This document shows positions 32,113 to 42,592 of a DNA stretch of 64,000 nt, in pieces; position 1 is the stretch's first letter, and each line of letters begins with the position of its first letter. Source of the DNA: Pedobacter sp. (GTDB taxonomy: Bacteria > Desulfobacterota > Desulfuromonadia > Desulfuromonadales > Syntrophotaleaceae); contig JBFWJC010000001.1 of NCBI GenBank assembly GCA_050253415.1, forward strand, positions 384,001 to 448,000, in the 5' to 3' direction. The notes under the pieces were generated by a model, which searched no databases, had not been told where the DNA came from, and saw only the letters and a list, made by a program, of their open reading frames with translations. A program made the translations under genes and the position numbers.

Positions 32113-32141
32113 TTGACTCGGCGGAACCTTTCACGTATAAA
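32113..32141 (+). promoter_or_regulatory. Sigma70 promoter of the tRNA pair, with A-tract UP-like element
   Basis: TTGACT-17 bp-TATAAA, preceded by A-runs. Confidence 0.75.
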
Positions 32142-32158
32142 GTGGCCTCCGTAGCAAG

Positions 32159-32234
32159 GAGCCGCTAGCTCAGTTGGTAGAGCATCTGACTTTTAATCAG
32201 ATGGTCGTAGGTTCGATCCCTACGCGGCTCACCA
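32159..32234 (+). tRNA. tRNA-Lys(TTT)
   Basis: Acceptor GAGCCGC/GCGGCTC, anticodon arm TCTGA-CTTTTAA-TCAGA, GGTTCGA T-loop, encoded CCA. Confidence 0.95.
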
Positions 32235-32239
32235 TTTAA

Positions 32240-32317
32240 GTCCCTATCGTCTAGCCCGGCCTAGGACACCGCCCTTTCACGGCGGCGACGGGGGTTCGAA
32301 TCCCCCTGGGGACGCCA
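32240..32317 (+). tRNA. tRNA-Glu(TTC)
   Basis: Anticodon arm CCGCC-CTTTCAC-GGCGG, GGTTCGAATCC, encoded CCA. Confidence 0.95.
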
Positions 32318-32323
32318 AAGTCA

Positions 32324-32356
32324 ACAGCCCCACTGCCTAATTGGCGGTGGGGCTGT
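32324..32356 (+). terminator. Hairpin after the tRNAs
   Basis: ACAGCCCCACTGCC-TAATT-GGCGGTGGGGCTGT; U-tract is weak. Confidence 0.55.
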
Positions 32357-32414
32357 CTGCGTTTCAGTTCACTGATGCGTATCGGCTATGGTTCATTCTC
32401 TTTGGAAGGCTCGT

Positions 32415-32876
32415 ATGTCCGAATCCAGCCCGATAGTTGAAATTTTCAGCGATGGTGCCTGTTCCGGTAATCCTGGGCCTGGCGGTTATGGCACCCTGTT
32501 GCGTTGTGGTGATCGTGTTCGCGAGTTGTCGGGATTTGAACCTGAGACCACCAACAACCGTATGGAGATGCTCGGGGCCATTGCCGGCCTTGAGGCGCTG
32601 ACACGTCCCTGTCTCGTGCGTGTGACCACCGATTCCCAGTATGTCTGCAAGGGGATGACGGAGTGGATCCATGGTTGGCGTAAAAAGGGGTGGAAAAACT
32701 CCAAAAAAGAGGATGTCGCCAATCGGGACCTATGGGAAAGGCTTCTGGACCTGAGTTGCAAACACCAGGTCACGTGGCAATGGGTGCGCGGTCACGCCGG
32801 CCATCCGGAGAATGAACGCTGCGATGAGCTTGCCCGTCAGGCAATCGCTGATGGTTGTTGCGCTTCGCTTGGTTGA
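32415..32876 (+). CDS. rnhA: Ribonuclease HI
   Basis: [42 protein letters not shown]. Confidence 0.96.
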   Translation: MSESSPIVEIFSDGACSGNPGPGGYGTLLRCGDRVRELSGFEPETTNNRMEMLGAIAGLEALTRPCLVRVTTDSQYVCKGMTEWIHGWRKKGWKNSKKEDVANRDLWERLLDLSCKHQVTWQWVRGHAGHPENERCDELARQAIADGCCASLG

Positions 32877-32979
32877 ACTCCCTCTTCGTTAAAACTCCCA
32901 CCTTGGATAAAGCTTAAAACTGTGTTATTCTTGGCAGTATTTGCTGTTGATCGGCTTCACTGCCCGAGGGAATGACCGC

Positions 32980-33405
32980 ATGGCTTCTGAACACATCTCC
33001 ACGCAACTGGTCGGCCCTGATGCGCTGTTGTCGCCTCTGGGATGGGATCTTGTGGCCTTGGCCTTATACGTCGGACTGGCTTGTGTCATTGTTGTCAGTC
33101 TTCTGTTGGCCGCCCGATTTTTAGGTCGTCGTACCCGTTCTCCCCTTAAAAGCCAGCCCTACGAATGCGGGGTGGAACCTACCGGCCCGACGCGGCCGGG
33201 ATTTCCGGTTCCCTTTTATCTTACTGCCATCTTTTTTGTGGTTTTCGATGTTGAAGTGGCATTCATTGCCTCCTGGGCGGTTGCTTATGACCTGTTGAGC
33301 TGGCAGGGCCTGGCGCAAATCGCTTTTTTCATCATCACCTTGCTGATTGCACTGTTCTACCTGTGGCGTCGTGGAGCTCTCGACTGGGGCCCGCAGCGCC
33401 GTTAA
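32980..33405 (+). CDS. nuoA: NADH-quinone oxidoreductase subunit A
   Basis: PYECG, FFVVFDVE, WRRGALDW. Confidence 0.93.
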   Translation: MASEHISTQLVGPDALLSPLGWDLVALALYVGLACVIVVSLLLAARFLGRRTRSPLKSQPYECGVEPTGPTRPGFPVPFYLTAIFFVVFDVEVAFIASWAVAYDLLSWQGLAQIAFFIITLLIALFYLWRRGALDWGPQRR

Positions 33406-33420
33406 AGGACGCCGTAACGG

Positions 33421-35802
33421 ATGAGCGAGACAATTCCAAAAAATATCATCCTTACCACTTTGGATGATGCCATCAACTGGGGGCGAAAGAATAGCATGTG
33501 GCCGATGTTTTTCGGTCTGTCGTGCTGTTTTGTCGAGATGATGGGCAGCATGACGCCGCGTTTCGATCTGGCGCGTTTTGGTGCCGAGGTCCTGCGCGGT
33601 ACGCCGCGCGAGGCGGACCTGATGGTTATCGCAGGCACTCCATTTAAAAAAATGGCGGCCAGCATGCTGCGTGTTTACGAGGAGATGGCTAATCCCAAGT
33701 GGGTTATCGCCATGGGCAGCTGCGCCAACTCCGGTGGCATGTACGACGTTTACAGTGTCATGCAGGGGGTCAATCAGATCCTGCCGGTGGATGTCTATAT
33801 CCCCGGTTGTCCGCCGCGCCCGGAGGCCTTTATCCAGGGGTTGATGGTGCTGCAGGACAAAGTTGCCCGCAACGAGCGGCCGGCCAGATCGGTACTCAAC
33901 ATGCAGGGCGGCTGCGAAGGCACGACCGTGCCGATTCTCATCGATGGTCATAGCAAGTCCCGTGATACGCGCGGCCCGGGATACGGGCACTGCCCTATTC
34001 GCGGCACATCCCAGCAGCCCCCGGATTTCCAGGGTAGTCGCGCCGCCGGCCTCTGGACCCCGCCGCAGCCACAAATCGTCTTCCCCGATGGGACCGTACC
34101 TCTGTTGGAACAGGTCAGGCAACGTTTCGGCGAAACCGTCAAACAGGAGCAGACCGCCGATATGCCGACCCTGGTGGCCGAACCTGATCAGGTTCCGGAA
34201 CTGCTGCGGTTTCTCAAGCAGGACATCGATCAACCGTACCAGCGTCTCGAGGACTTGACTGCCGTGGATGAAACCGCGCGTAGCAGCCGTCCTTCCCACG
34301 ACCTGACTCTGGTCTACCACCTGCTGTCTTTTGAGCGTTCCGGCTATCTGCGTGTCAAGGCTCCTTTAGCCACCGCCCAGACTGAGGCGCCGTCGATCAC
34401 CGACTTGTGGCCTGCAGCCAACTGGTATGAGCGCGAGGCTTTCGACATGTTCGGTGTGCGTTTTGCCGGACACCCCAATCTGCGCCGTATTCTGATGCCG
34501 GAAGGCTGGCAGGGACACCCGCTACTCAAGTCCCACCCCGGTCGGGCTACCGACATGCCGCCTTTCACCCGGGACACCGCCACCACCATGGTGCCGCCAG
34601 AGGGCTCTCATTTTTTCAGCCGCCAGGAGAATTCCGACAACACGCTGTCTATCCTCAACCTCGGCCCCCAGCATCCAGGTACCCATGGGATTCTTCGGGT
34701 TATCCTGAAACTGGCTGGCGAGGAGATCGTCGATCTCGATTCGGAAATCGGCTACCATCACCGTGGGGCGGAAAAGATCGCCGAGCGTCAGCACTGGAAT
34801 CAGTATATCCCCTATACCGACCGCATCGACTATCTGGCCGGATCCCTGAATAATCTGGCTTATCTGCATACAGTTGAAACCCTCTGTGGTGTCGATGTGC
34901 CGCCGCGGGCCCGCTACATCCGCATTCTGCTTAGTGAACTGTTCCGTATCGCCAGTCACCTGGTATGGCTGGGTACCTTCGCCCATGACGTTGGTGCCAT
35001 GACGCCGGTATTCTATGCTTTCGACAGTCGCGAAAAGATCTTCGATATCATTGAAATGGTTACCGGCGGACGGATGCATCCCGCCTGGTTCCGTATCGGT
35101 GGCGTTCCGGAAGATCTGCCCGAAGGCTGGCGCGCAGCAGTGGATGCTTTTACCAAGGATTTCGAGGCGCGCATCGATGAGTTTGACCGTTTGTTGACCG
35201 ATGGCCCTATTTTTCGCGCCCGTACGGAAGGAATCGGTGTCGTCAGCCGGCAGCAGGCCATTGAACTCGGCTTTAGCGGACCTAACCTTCGCGCCACCGG
35301 GCTTGCCTGGGATTTGCGCAAAACCATGCCCTACGCCGGGTATGAGGAGTTTGATTTCGACGCCGTTACTGCCGAGGGAGGGGACTGTTTTGCCCGTTAC
35401 CTGGTACGTCTCGGGGAATTGCGCCAGAGCCTGCGCATCGTACGCCAGGCAGCGGAGCGCATGCCGGAAGGCCGCTGGGGCAGTAGCGACTATCGCTACG
35501 CGTTCCCCAAAAGACAGGACGGCCTGCAGGATATCGAAAGCTTGATCCACCATTTTCTGCATGTCAGCCGGGGGCCGACGGCGCCCCGCGGTGAATGCTA
35601 CCGGGCCACCGAATCGAGCAAAGGCGAATGCGGTTACTATGCCGTCAGCGACGGTGGGACCGGCGCCTATCGCCTGCGGATTCGAACACCGAGTTTCCCT
35701 CATCTGCAGGCCTTGCCCCAACTGAGTCGTGGCCGGCTGGTGGCCGACGTCATTACTATTCTCGGCTCGCTCGATTACGTGCTGGCCGATCTGGACCGCT
35801 GA
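33421..35802 (+). CDS. nuoBCD: Fused NADH-quinone oxidoreductase subunits B/C/D
   Basis: NuoB ([15 protein letters not shown]), NuoC ([15 protein letters not shown]) and NuoD ([21 protein letters not shown]) in one ORF. Confidence 0.93.
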   Translation: MSETIPKNIILTTLDDAINWGRKNSMWPMFFGLSCCFVEMMGSMTPRFDLARFGAEVLRGTPREADLMVIAGTPFKKMAASMLRVYEEMANPKWVIAMGSCANSGGMYDVYSVMQGVNQILPVDVYIPGCPPRPEAFIQGLMVLQDKVARNERPARSVLNMQGGCEGTTVPILIDGHSKSRDTRGPGYGHCPIRGTSQQPPDFQGSRAAGLWTPPQPQIVFPDGTVPLLEQVRQRFGETVKQEQTADMPTLVAEPDQVPELLRFLKQDIDQPYQRLEDLTAVDETARSSRPSHDLTLVYHLLSFERSGYLRVKAPLATAQTEAPSITDLWPAANWYEREAFDMFGVRFAGHPNLRRILMPEGWQGHPLLKSHPGRATDMPPFTRDTATTMVPPEGSHFFSRQENSDNTLSILNLGPQHPGTHGILRVILKLAGEEIVDLDSEIGYHHRGAEKIAERQHWNQYIPYTDRIDYLAGSLNNLAYLHTVETLCGVDVPPRARYIRILLSELFRIASHLVWLGTFAHDVGAMTPVFYAFDSREKIFDIIEMVTGGRMHPAWFRIGGVPEDLPEGWRAAVDAFTKDFEARIDEFDRLLTDGPIFRARTEGIGVVSRQQAIELGFSGPNLRATGLAWDLRKTMPYAGYEEFDFDAVTAEGGDCFARYLVRLGELRQSLRIVRQAAERMPEGRWGSSDYRYAFPKRQDGLQDIESLIHHFLHVSRGPTAPRGECYRATESSKGECGYYAVSDGGTGAYRLRIRTPSFPHLQALPQLSRGRLVADVITILGSLDYVLADLDR

Positions 35803-35803
35803 G

Positions 35804-36292
35804 ATGGCGATGTTACTATCTGAAAAACAAATCACGCAGCTTAAACGCCGCGTACGGGAAACCCCCCATCCCCGGGAAATGATCCTTGATGTGCTGCATG
35901 CCATCCAGGATGCCAACGGTTGGGTCTCGGACGAGGGGGTCGAACTGGCCGCCATCATCCTGGGGCTTTCGCCGTTGCAGGTCGAAGAGGTCGCGACTTT
36001 TTACGACAAGATCTACCGTCGCCCCGTGGGCCGGAAGGTTATTCATATTTGTGATTCAATCTGTTGCTGGAGTCGCGGCAGCGAAGCCCTTATGCTGCGG
36101 TTGCAGCAGCTTCTCGGTGTCGCTGCAGGAGAAACCACGAGCGACGGCATGTTCACCCTGCTGCCGACCTGCTGCCTGGGAGCCTGTGCCGATGCGCCGG
36201 CATTGCGGATCGGTAAAACCTTGTACGGCAAGGTCGCACCCGAGCAGCTCGAAACGATATTGGACAGCGAGCGGACCGAGGTGAAACCATGA
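35804..36292 (+). CDS. nuoE: NADH-quinone oxidoreductase subunit E
   Basis: VATFY; CDSIC...CLGAC [2Fe-2S] ligands. Confidence 0.92.
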   Translation: MAMLLSEKQITQLKRRVRETPHPREMILDVLHAIQDANGWVSDEGVELAAIILGLSPLQVEEVATFYDKIYRRPVGRKVIHICDSICCWSRGSEALMLRLQQLLGVAAGETTSDGMFTLLPTCCLGACADAPALRIGKTLYGKVAPEQLETILDSERTEVKP

Positions 36293-37566
36293 GAACCTGT
36301 GAACCGCTGCTATTTAAAAACCGCCGTATCGGTGAAACGGTTTTTCTTGAAGGTTATCGCAAAACCGGTGGGTACCAGGGCCTGGAAAAAGCTCTCAGGG
36401 AGATGACTCCGGCAAGCGTGCGGGAAGAAGTTAAGGCATCAGGCCTGCGTGGACGTGGCGGGGCCGGCTTTTCAACCGGACTCAAGTGGTCGTTCTTTCC
36501 CAGTGACGACCCGGGTGAAAAATACCTGGTGTGCAACGGCGACGAAATGGAGCCGGGTACCTTCAAAGATCGTCAGCTGTTGTTGGCCGATCCGCATCAA
36601 CTGTTGGAAGGGGTGCTGATTGCCTGCTATGCTCTTGGCATCGGGACCGCGTACATCTTTTTGCGTGATGCCTATCGGCAATGTGCTGCCAATCTTGAGC
36701 ATGCCATGGACGAGGCCCGTGAGGCAGGCCTGCTGGGTGAAAATATCCTCGGCAGCGGATTCTCCTGCGAGGTGCATGTGCACCGCAGCGCCGGACGTTA
36801 CATCTGCGGCGAGGAAACCGCCTTGCTCAACAGTCTGGAGGGGTTACGACCCAACCCCCGATCCAAGCCGCCCTTCCCGGCGGTCAAAGGATTGTTCGGC
36901 AAGCCGACCGCGCTGAACAATATCGAAACTCTGGCAAATGTGCCGCATATCATTACCGGTGGAGCAGCCTGGTATAAGAGTCTGGCTTTGACGGAGAAGG
37001 GCTCCGGTACCAAACTTTACGGGTTGGCCGGTCATCTCGAAACACCCTGCTGCGTGGAGTTGCCTCTGGGCATGCCGCTGGGAGAACTGATTCGGGATTT
37101 CGGCGGTGGCGTCTGGCGGCAGCGTTCTTTCAAAGCCTGTCTTCCCGGCGGTGCTTCGACCCCTTATCTGACCGCCGAGCATCTGGACGTAGCTCTTGAT
37201 TACGAAACCCTGGAGCAGGTCGGCACACGGCTGGGAACAGGAGGTGTGGTAGTATTCGATGATCGCACCTGCATGGTGGCCGCGACCCTGAACCTGCTGC
37301 GGTTTTTTGCCCGAGAGAGCTGCGGGTGGTGCACCCCCTGTCGCGATGGCTTGCCCCTGGTATGCTGGTTGCTGGAACGTATCGAACTTGGGCAGGGCAC
37401 GCGCGAGGATATGACCATGCTGCAGGAGCAGCTGCGCTATATCAATGGACGGTCTTTCTGCGCCCTGGCCCTGGGGGCCATGGGTCCCGTGGACGGGTTG
37501 CTGCGGCATTTCGCCGAAGAGGTGGAGGATCATATTCGCCTGGGACGTTGCCCTTTGCAAGCTTAA
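36289..37566 (+). CDS. nuoF: NADH-quinone oxidoreductase subunit F
   Basis: GRGGAGF, DEMEPGTFKDR, YICGEETAL, ESCGWCTPCR. Confidence 0.95.
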   Translation: MRTCEPLLFKNRRIGETVFLEGYRKTGGYQGLEKALREMTPASVREEVKASGLRGRGGAGFSTGLKWSFFPSDDPGEKYLVCNGDEMEPGTFKDRQLLLADPHQLLEGVLIACYALGIGTAYIFLRDAYRQCAANLEHAMDEAREAGLLGENILGSGFSCEVHVHRSAGRYICGEETALLNSLEGLRPNPRSKPPFPAVKGLFGKPTALNNIETLANVPHIITGGAAWYKSLALTEKGSGTKLYGLAGHLETPCCVELPLGMPLGELIRDFGGGVWRQRSFKACLPGGASTPYLTAEHLDVALDYETLEQVGTRLGTGGVVVFDDRTCMVAATLNLLRFFARESCGWCTPCRDGLPLVCWLLERIELGQGTREDMTMLQEQLRYINGRSFCALALGAMGPVDGLLRHFAEEVEDHIRLGRCPLQA

Positions 37567-37724
37567 GACTGTTTGACGATAACGCCTCGGATTTATTGGC
37601 TTGAGTTCGGGTTGAAGTGAAATGGCAATAATCGCGCTTTTCGTGTGCAGTCCGCAGTTTCCGTACTTTTTGCGGTAACTTTGGTTTTTCAGACCATCAT
37701 TCTTAATCCTTTGAGTTGTTAAGC

Positions 37725-40121
37725 ATGCCGACTTTGATTATCGACAACCAGACCGTCACCGTGCCCGAGGGAACCAATGTTCTCGAAGCGGCAAAGCGAC
37801 TTGGCATCGAGATTCCGCATTTCTGTCACCATGAGGCGCTCGGTTCCGTTGGCGCCTGCCGGTTGTGTGCCGTGGAGTTTCGTGAGGGACCGGTCAAGGG
37901 CATACAGATGTCTTGCATGATTCCGGCAAAGGACGACATGGTGGTCGATACCGGCAGTGCCAAGGTCCTCGCCTACCGCGCCCAGGTCATCGAATGGCTG
38001 ATGACCAACCATCCTCACGATTGTCCGGTTTGCGACGAAGGCGGTGAGTGCCAGTTGCAGGATATGACTGTGGCCGGCGGCCACGGTATCAGGCGGTATA
38101 CCGGACCCAAGCGCACTTACCAGAATCAGAATCTGGGGCCCTTCATTGTCCATGAAATGAACCGCTGCATTCAGTGTTACCGCTGCGTGCGAACGTATCA
38201 GGACTATTGCGGTGGCACCGATTTTGGAGTTCTCGGTTCACGCCAGAGGCTTTACTTCGGACGTTTCAGCGACGGTCCATTGGAAAGCCCCTTCGCAGGG
38301 AATCTGGTAGACGTGTGTCCGACCGGGGTGCTGACGGATAAAACCTACCGGTTCAAAAGTCGTATCTGGGATTTGCAGGAAGCACCTTCCATCTGCCCCC
38401 ACTGTTCGCTGGGCTGTGCCGTCACTCCTGGCGCCCGCTACCGGCAATTACAGCGCCGTCGGGCGCGCACCAATAACCAGACCAATGGTCACTTTATCTG
38501 TGATCGAGGGCGTTTCGGCTACGGTTATGTCAATCATCCGGACCGGCCCCGCTACCCTCAGCTCGGTCATCGGCGAGTCACTTGGCAGGAAGCCCTGGCG
38601 GCTTTGCAAAACAAGCTGCAGGAGCTCGGAGAGCTGTTTGGCCCTGGCAGTATCGGATTACTGACATCGTCGCGGGCCACTCTCGAAACCCAATTTTTGA
38701 CCAAACGGTGGGCTACAGCCCTGGGCAGTGATCAGCTTTGCTTTGAAGCGCACCCCGGCCGCGACCTGGGCGCGCGCGTGGCGGCGTCACAACGGCTCGA
38801 TCGTACCGCCAGTCTGGAAGATGTTCGCAACTGTGATCTTGCGGTACTGATCGGAGCCGATCCCCTGTCTGAAGCACCGATGCTGGCATTGGCACTACGC
38901 CAGGCCGCGCGGCGCGGCGCACGGATCGTGGTTATCGATCCGCGACCGGTAGAGCTTCCGGTGGCCTTCGAGCGGCATGCGGTCTCGGTGGATAAGCTGG
39001 GCCAGTTGTTACGGGGGTTGAGTCGGCCACAGCAAAGCGAGTTTCCCTCCAGCATGGAAGAACTGGGCGGATCACTGGCCAGCGCATTGCTGGCGGCCAA
39101 AAGTCCGCTGCTCATCGGCGGCACCGATTTGCTTGGGCCGCAAGGAACGGAAGCTATGCAGCAAGCGGCGGAAGCTTGCTCGCAACCTGAAACCCCCTGT
39201 CGGACCATGTTTCTGCTTGCTGGACCCAACAGTTTTGGCGGTGCCCTGTTAAGCGCCGAGGGACCGTGTTTCAGCAGCCTGCTGGAAGGCATGGAACAGG
39301 GGCGTATCAAAGCCCTGCTGTGTTTTGAAGCCGACCCCCTTGCGGATTACCCGGATAGAAAGCGGAGCCGCGCTGCCTTGGCGCGTCTGGATATGCTGGC
39401 GGTTTTTGACTGTTCCGCCACCGCTACGTTGCAGGAAGCGGATCTTTTCTTCCCGACAACAACCGTGGAAGAATCGGCTGGGACTTTGGTTAACAACGAA
39501 GGGCGCATGCAAACCTTCGAGCAGGTATTTTCGGCCGGGACGCCTCTTGCCGAGAGTGCCGGTGGCAGTCATCCTCCGCGCTTTTTTACCCGCGATATCC
39601 CGGGTTCCGAGCCGCAGTCGGCCTGGGGAATTCTGGGTACTCTGATGGGGCGGAGCGCTGATCTTGGTGCGTTGCGCCGTGAAATAGAAAAAACCGAAAG
39701 TCGCTTCGCCGGATTATCGTTTCTGGAAGCCAACGGCGAAGGGCGACGTATCGCTGCCCCGCGTCAGCACCCGGCGCCACTCCAAGCCACTATCGCCGGC
39801 ATTACCGGTTCCGATCAGCTGCAATTGCTGGTGACAGAAACCCTGTACGGTTCTGAATTGCTCAGCAACCTGTCATCCTGCCTGCAGGAGCCCACTCCCT
39901 CACCCTTTGTGATGTTGCATCCGCAGGATGCGACGCGGTTCAAGTTGGAAGAGGGCAAAAAGGTGCTACTCGGCACTCCGGTGGGGGATTTGACGCTGAC
40001 ATTGCGGATTGAGGGGGATATGGTTCCCGGGGTTGCCATTGTTCCGAGACTACGGGGAACCGTGCTTGACCCGCTGGTACCCGGCACCGAACCGCTGCCT
40101 TGCCGCATCGAGAAAGCCTGA
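37725..40121 (+). CDS. nuoG: NADH-quinone oxidoreductase subunit G
   Basis: IPHFC..GACRLC, HPHDCPVCDEGGECQLQD, RCIQCYRC, CPHCSLGC. Confidence 0.93.
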   Translation: MPTLIIDNQTVTVPEGTNVLEAAKRLGIEIPHFCHHEALGSVGACRLCAVEFREGPVKGIQMSCMIPAKDDMVVDTGSAKVLAYRAQVIEWLMTNHPHDCPVCDEGGECQLQDMTVAGGHGIRRYTGPKRTYQNQNLGPFIVHEMNRCIQCYRCVRTYQDYCGGTDFGVLGSRQRLYFGRFSDGPLESPFAGNLVDVCPTGVLTDKTYRFKSRIWDLQEAPSICPHCSLGCAVTPGARYRQLQRRRARTNNQTNGHFICDRGRFGYGYVNHPDRPRYPQLGHRRVTWQEALAALQNKLQELGELFGPGSIGLLTSSRATLETQFLTKRWATALGSDQLCFEAHPGRDLGARVAASQRLDRTASLEDVRNCDLAVLIGADPLSEAPMLALALRQAARRGARIVVIDPRPVELPVAFERHAVSVDKLGQLLRGLSRPQQSEFPSSMEELGGSLASALLAAKSPLLIGGTDLLGPQGTEAMQQAAEACSQPETPCRTMFLLAGPNSFGGALLSAEGPCFSSLLEGMEQGRIKALLCFEADPLADYPDRKRSRAALARLDMLAVFDCSATATLQEADLFFPTTTVEESAGTLVNNEGRMQTFEQVFSAGTPLAESAGGSHPPRFFTRDIPGSEPQSAWGILGTLMGRSADLGALRREIEKTESRFAGLSFLEANGEGRRIAAPRQHPAPLQATIAGITGSDQLQLLVTETLYGSELLSNLSSCLQEPTPSPFVMLHPQDATRFKLEEGKKVLLGTPVGDLTLTLRIEGDMVPGVAIVPRLRGTVLDPLVPGTEPLPCRIEKA

Positions 40122-40124
40122 CCG

Positions 40125-41117
40125 ATGAATGACGTGCTGCTGACCTTCATTCTGATTGTGACCAAACTGGGACTGGTGCTGGGAACGGTACTTAGTCTGG
40201 CGGCCTATATGGTGCTGGCCGAGCGCAAAATCCTCGGACGCATGCAGATGCGCCATGGTCCCAACCGGGTCGGACCGTTCGGTCTCCTGCAGCCCCTGGC
40301 CGATCTGATTAAACTGCTCTGCAAGGAGGATCTGATCCCGGAGCGGGCCGATCGCTGGGTGTTCATGCTGGCTCCGGCTATCTCGATCATGACGGCGCTA
40401 CTGGCGTTTGCCGTCATCCCGTTTGCGGCTCCCTTGCATCTGTTCGGCCGCACCATCCCGATGGTGATCTGTGACCTGAATATCGGAGTCTTATATCTGT
40501 TTGCCCTGTCGTCCCTTGCGGTTTACGGGGTTGCCCTGGGCGGCTGGGCTTCTCAGAGCAAATACGCCCTGCTGGGCGGCTTGCGTGCCATGGCGCAGAT
40601 GATCTCCTACGAACTGGCCATGGGGTTGGCGATTGTGCCGGTAGTGATGGCTGCCAAGTCCTTTTCCCTGACCGCCATCGTTGCCGCCCAACAGCCTTGG
40701 CCTAACGCCATCAGACATCCGCTGGCTTTTTTGATATTTGTTATTGCCATCATGGCCGAATCGAAACGTACCCCTTTCGATATGCCCGAGGCCGAAAACG
40801 AATTGGTGGCCGGTTTTCATACGGAATACTCCGGCATGCGTTTCGGGATGTTTTTTGTCGGCGAATATCTCAATCTGATCGTGCTCGGCGCCATGCTGAC
40901 CGTATTGTTTCTCGGCGGCTGGCACGGTCCATTGCTGCCGTCGGTCTGTTGGTTTCTCATCAAGGTCCTTGGCGTAGCTTTCTTTTTTATCTGGGTCCGA
41001 GGCACCATGCCGCGGCTGCGCTACGACCAGCTAATGGCTTTCGGCTGGAAAATTCTGGTGCCTCTGGGTTTGCTGAATGTTCTGGTCACGGCCGTATGGC
41101 TGTTATGGCGAGGCTGA
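40125..41117 (+). CDS. nuoH: NADH-quinone oxidoreductase subunit H
   Basis: [41 protein letters not shown]. Confidence 0.95.
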   Translation: MNDVLLTFILIVTKLGLVLGTVLSLAAYMVLAERKILGRMQMRHGPNRVGPFGLLQPLADLIKLLCKEDLIPERADRWVFMLAPAISIMTALLAFAVIPFAAPLHLFGRTIPMVICDLNIGVLYLFALSSLAVYGVALGGWASQSKYALLGGLRAMAQMISYELAMGLAIVPVVMAAKSFSLTAIVAAQQPWPNAIRHPLAFLIFVIAIMAESKRTPFDMPEAENELVAGFHTEYSGMRFGMFFVGEYLNLIVLGAMLTVLFLGGWHGPLLPSVCWFLIKVLGVAFFFIWVRGTMPRLRYDQLMAFGWKILVPLGLLNVLVTAVWLLWRG

Positions 41118-41118
41118 T

Positions 41119-41649
41119 ATGAGTTTGTGGAGAGACATCCGGGGAACCATCCTGCCGTTCTGGGTAACCCTGCGCTATTTGTTCCGCCGGCCGGTGACCG
41201 TGTGTTATCCCGAGCGCAAACAGACCCCCGCGCCGCGCTACCGTGGGCGGTTGGTTCTGACCCGCGATCCGGACGGCGAAGAGCGGTGCGTCGCCTGCCA
41301 CCTGTGCAGCGCCGCCTGCCCGGTCGACTGCATTTCCATGCAGGCCGCCGAGCGAGAAGACGGCCGTCGTCATGCTGCCTGGTTCCGCATTAATTTTTCC
41401 CGCTGCATTTTTTGTGGCCTGTGTACAGAGGCTTGTCCCACCCTGGCTTTGCAGATGACAGCTGAATATGAGCTGGCAACCCGCGAGTTATTACAGGTGA
41501 TATGCGAAAAAGACGAGCTACTCATCGATGGGTGCGGCAAAAACGACCAGTATAACTTCTATCGTTTGGCCGGCATCGGCGTCGCTGCTCCGCGGGGCTC
41601 CAATCCGGGCGAGACGCCGCCGGTGGACATCAGGAGCAACCTGCCGTAA
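41119..41649 (+). CDS. nuoI: NADH-quinone oxidoreductase subunit I
   Basis: Two CxxCxxCxxxCP motifs. Confidence 0.93.
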   Translation: MSLWRDIRGTILPFWVTLRYLFRRPVTVCYPERKQTPAPRYRGRLVLTRDPDGEERCVACHLCSAACPVDCISMQAAEREDGRRHAAWFRINFSRCIFCGLCTEACPTLALQMTAEYELATRELLQVICEKDELLIDGCGKNDQYNFYRLAGIGVAAPRGSNPGETPPVDIRSNLP

Positions 41650-41774
41650 TGCGGCGTGCGGAAGGTTCATGCCTGGAGATGAAGTTTTGAGGGGCTAATA
41701 TCGCCTCCCAGGTGGTCGAAGGTCGTAAGAGGTTTCAGATTTGCACCAACCCTGATTGTATGTAAGGAAGAGAC

Positions 41775-42290
41775 ATGACCACCCTGCTTTTCTACATTCT
41801 GGCGGCAATCACCCTGTTGTCGACGATTTTGTGTCTGACGCGCAAAAATCCGGTGCATGCCGTGCTTTACCTGGTGCAAGCCCTGTTCGCTTTGGCACTG
41901 TTGTATTTTCTGCTCGGCGCACCACTGCTTGCGGCCTGGCAGATCATCCTGTATGCCGGAGCGATCATGGTCCTGTTTCTTTTCATCATCATGCTTATCG
42001 ACCCCCCGGTGGCCGAGTCCCGACTCCCCTTCCGTATCAGTCGTTGGCTACCTTCCGCGATCCTAAGCGGCCTATTGCTGGCTTGCGGCGGTGCTCTGAT
42101 TGTCATGGATCCGGCTGCGACAGCCGCTATCGTCCCTTACTGGCTGACCCCGCGGGATTTTGGCCGCACCTTGTTTGAACACTACGGCATGGCAGTGGAA
42201 ATTATTTCGTTGATTCTGCTGTTTGCAGCTGTAGGCGCCTTCCATCTCGGCCGGCGTTATCGCTCCACGACCAAGGAGGATGTTTCATGA
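41775..42290 (+). CDS. nuoJ: NADH-quinone oxidoreductase subunit J
   Basis: NPVHAVL; QIILYAGAIMVLFLF. Confidence 0.93.
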   Translation: MTTLLFYILAAITLLSTILCLTRKNPVHAVLYLVQALFALALLYFLLGAPLLAAWQIILYAGAIMVLFLFIIMLIDPPVAESRLPFRISRWLPSAILSGLLLACGGALIVMDPAATAAIVPYWLTPRDFGRTLFEHYGMAVEIISLILLFAAVGAFHLGRRYRSTTKEDVS

Positions 42291-42592
42291 TCGTGCCCCT
42301 CGGCCATGTATTGATCCTGGCCGGCCTGCTGTTCGTGGCCGGGCTTGCAGGAGTGCTGCTGCGTCGCAACCTGATCATGATATTGATCGGCGTGGAGATC
42401 ATGCTTAATGCCGTCGGGCTCACTCTGGTCGGTGCTTCGGCCTATTGGCGGAATCCCGATGGTCAGCTGTTTGCCCTGTTGCTGATGGCCGTTGCGGCGG
42501 CTGAAGTAACCGTAGCCCTGGCTCTGGTTGTCTATCTGAAGCGCAGCCGCGGCACGATCGATGTCAATCGCTTTGATGGGATGCAGGGATGA
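42287..42592 (+). CDS. nuoK: NADH-quinone oxidoreductase subunit K
   Basis: RRNLI..EIMLNA; VAAAE. Confidence 0.93.
   Translation: MIVPLGHVLILAGLLFVAGLAGVLLRRNLIMILIGVEIMLNAVGLTLVGASAYWRNPDGQLFALLLMAVAAAEVTVALALVVYLKRSRGTIDVNRFDGMQG

Noticed and set aside
32159..32400. tRNA pair as an integration site for an island
   Set aside because: No integrase nearby, no duplicated tRNA 3' end seen, and flanking genes are housekeeping
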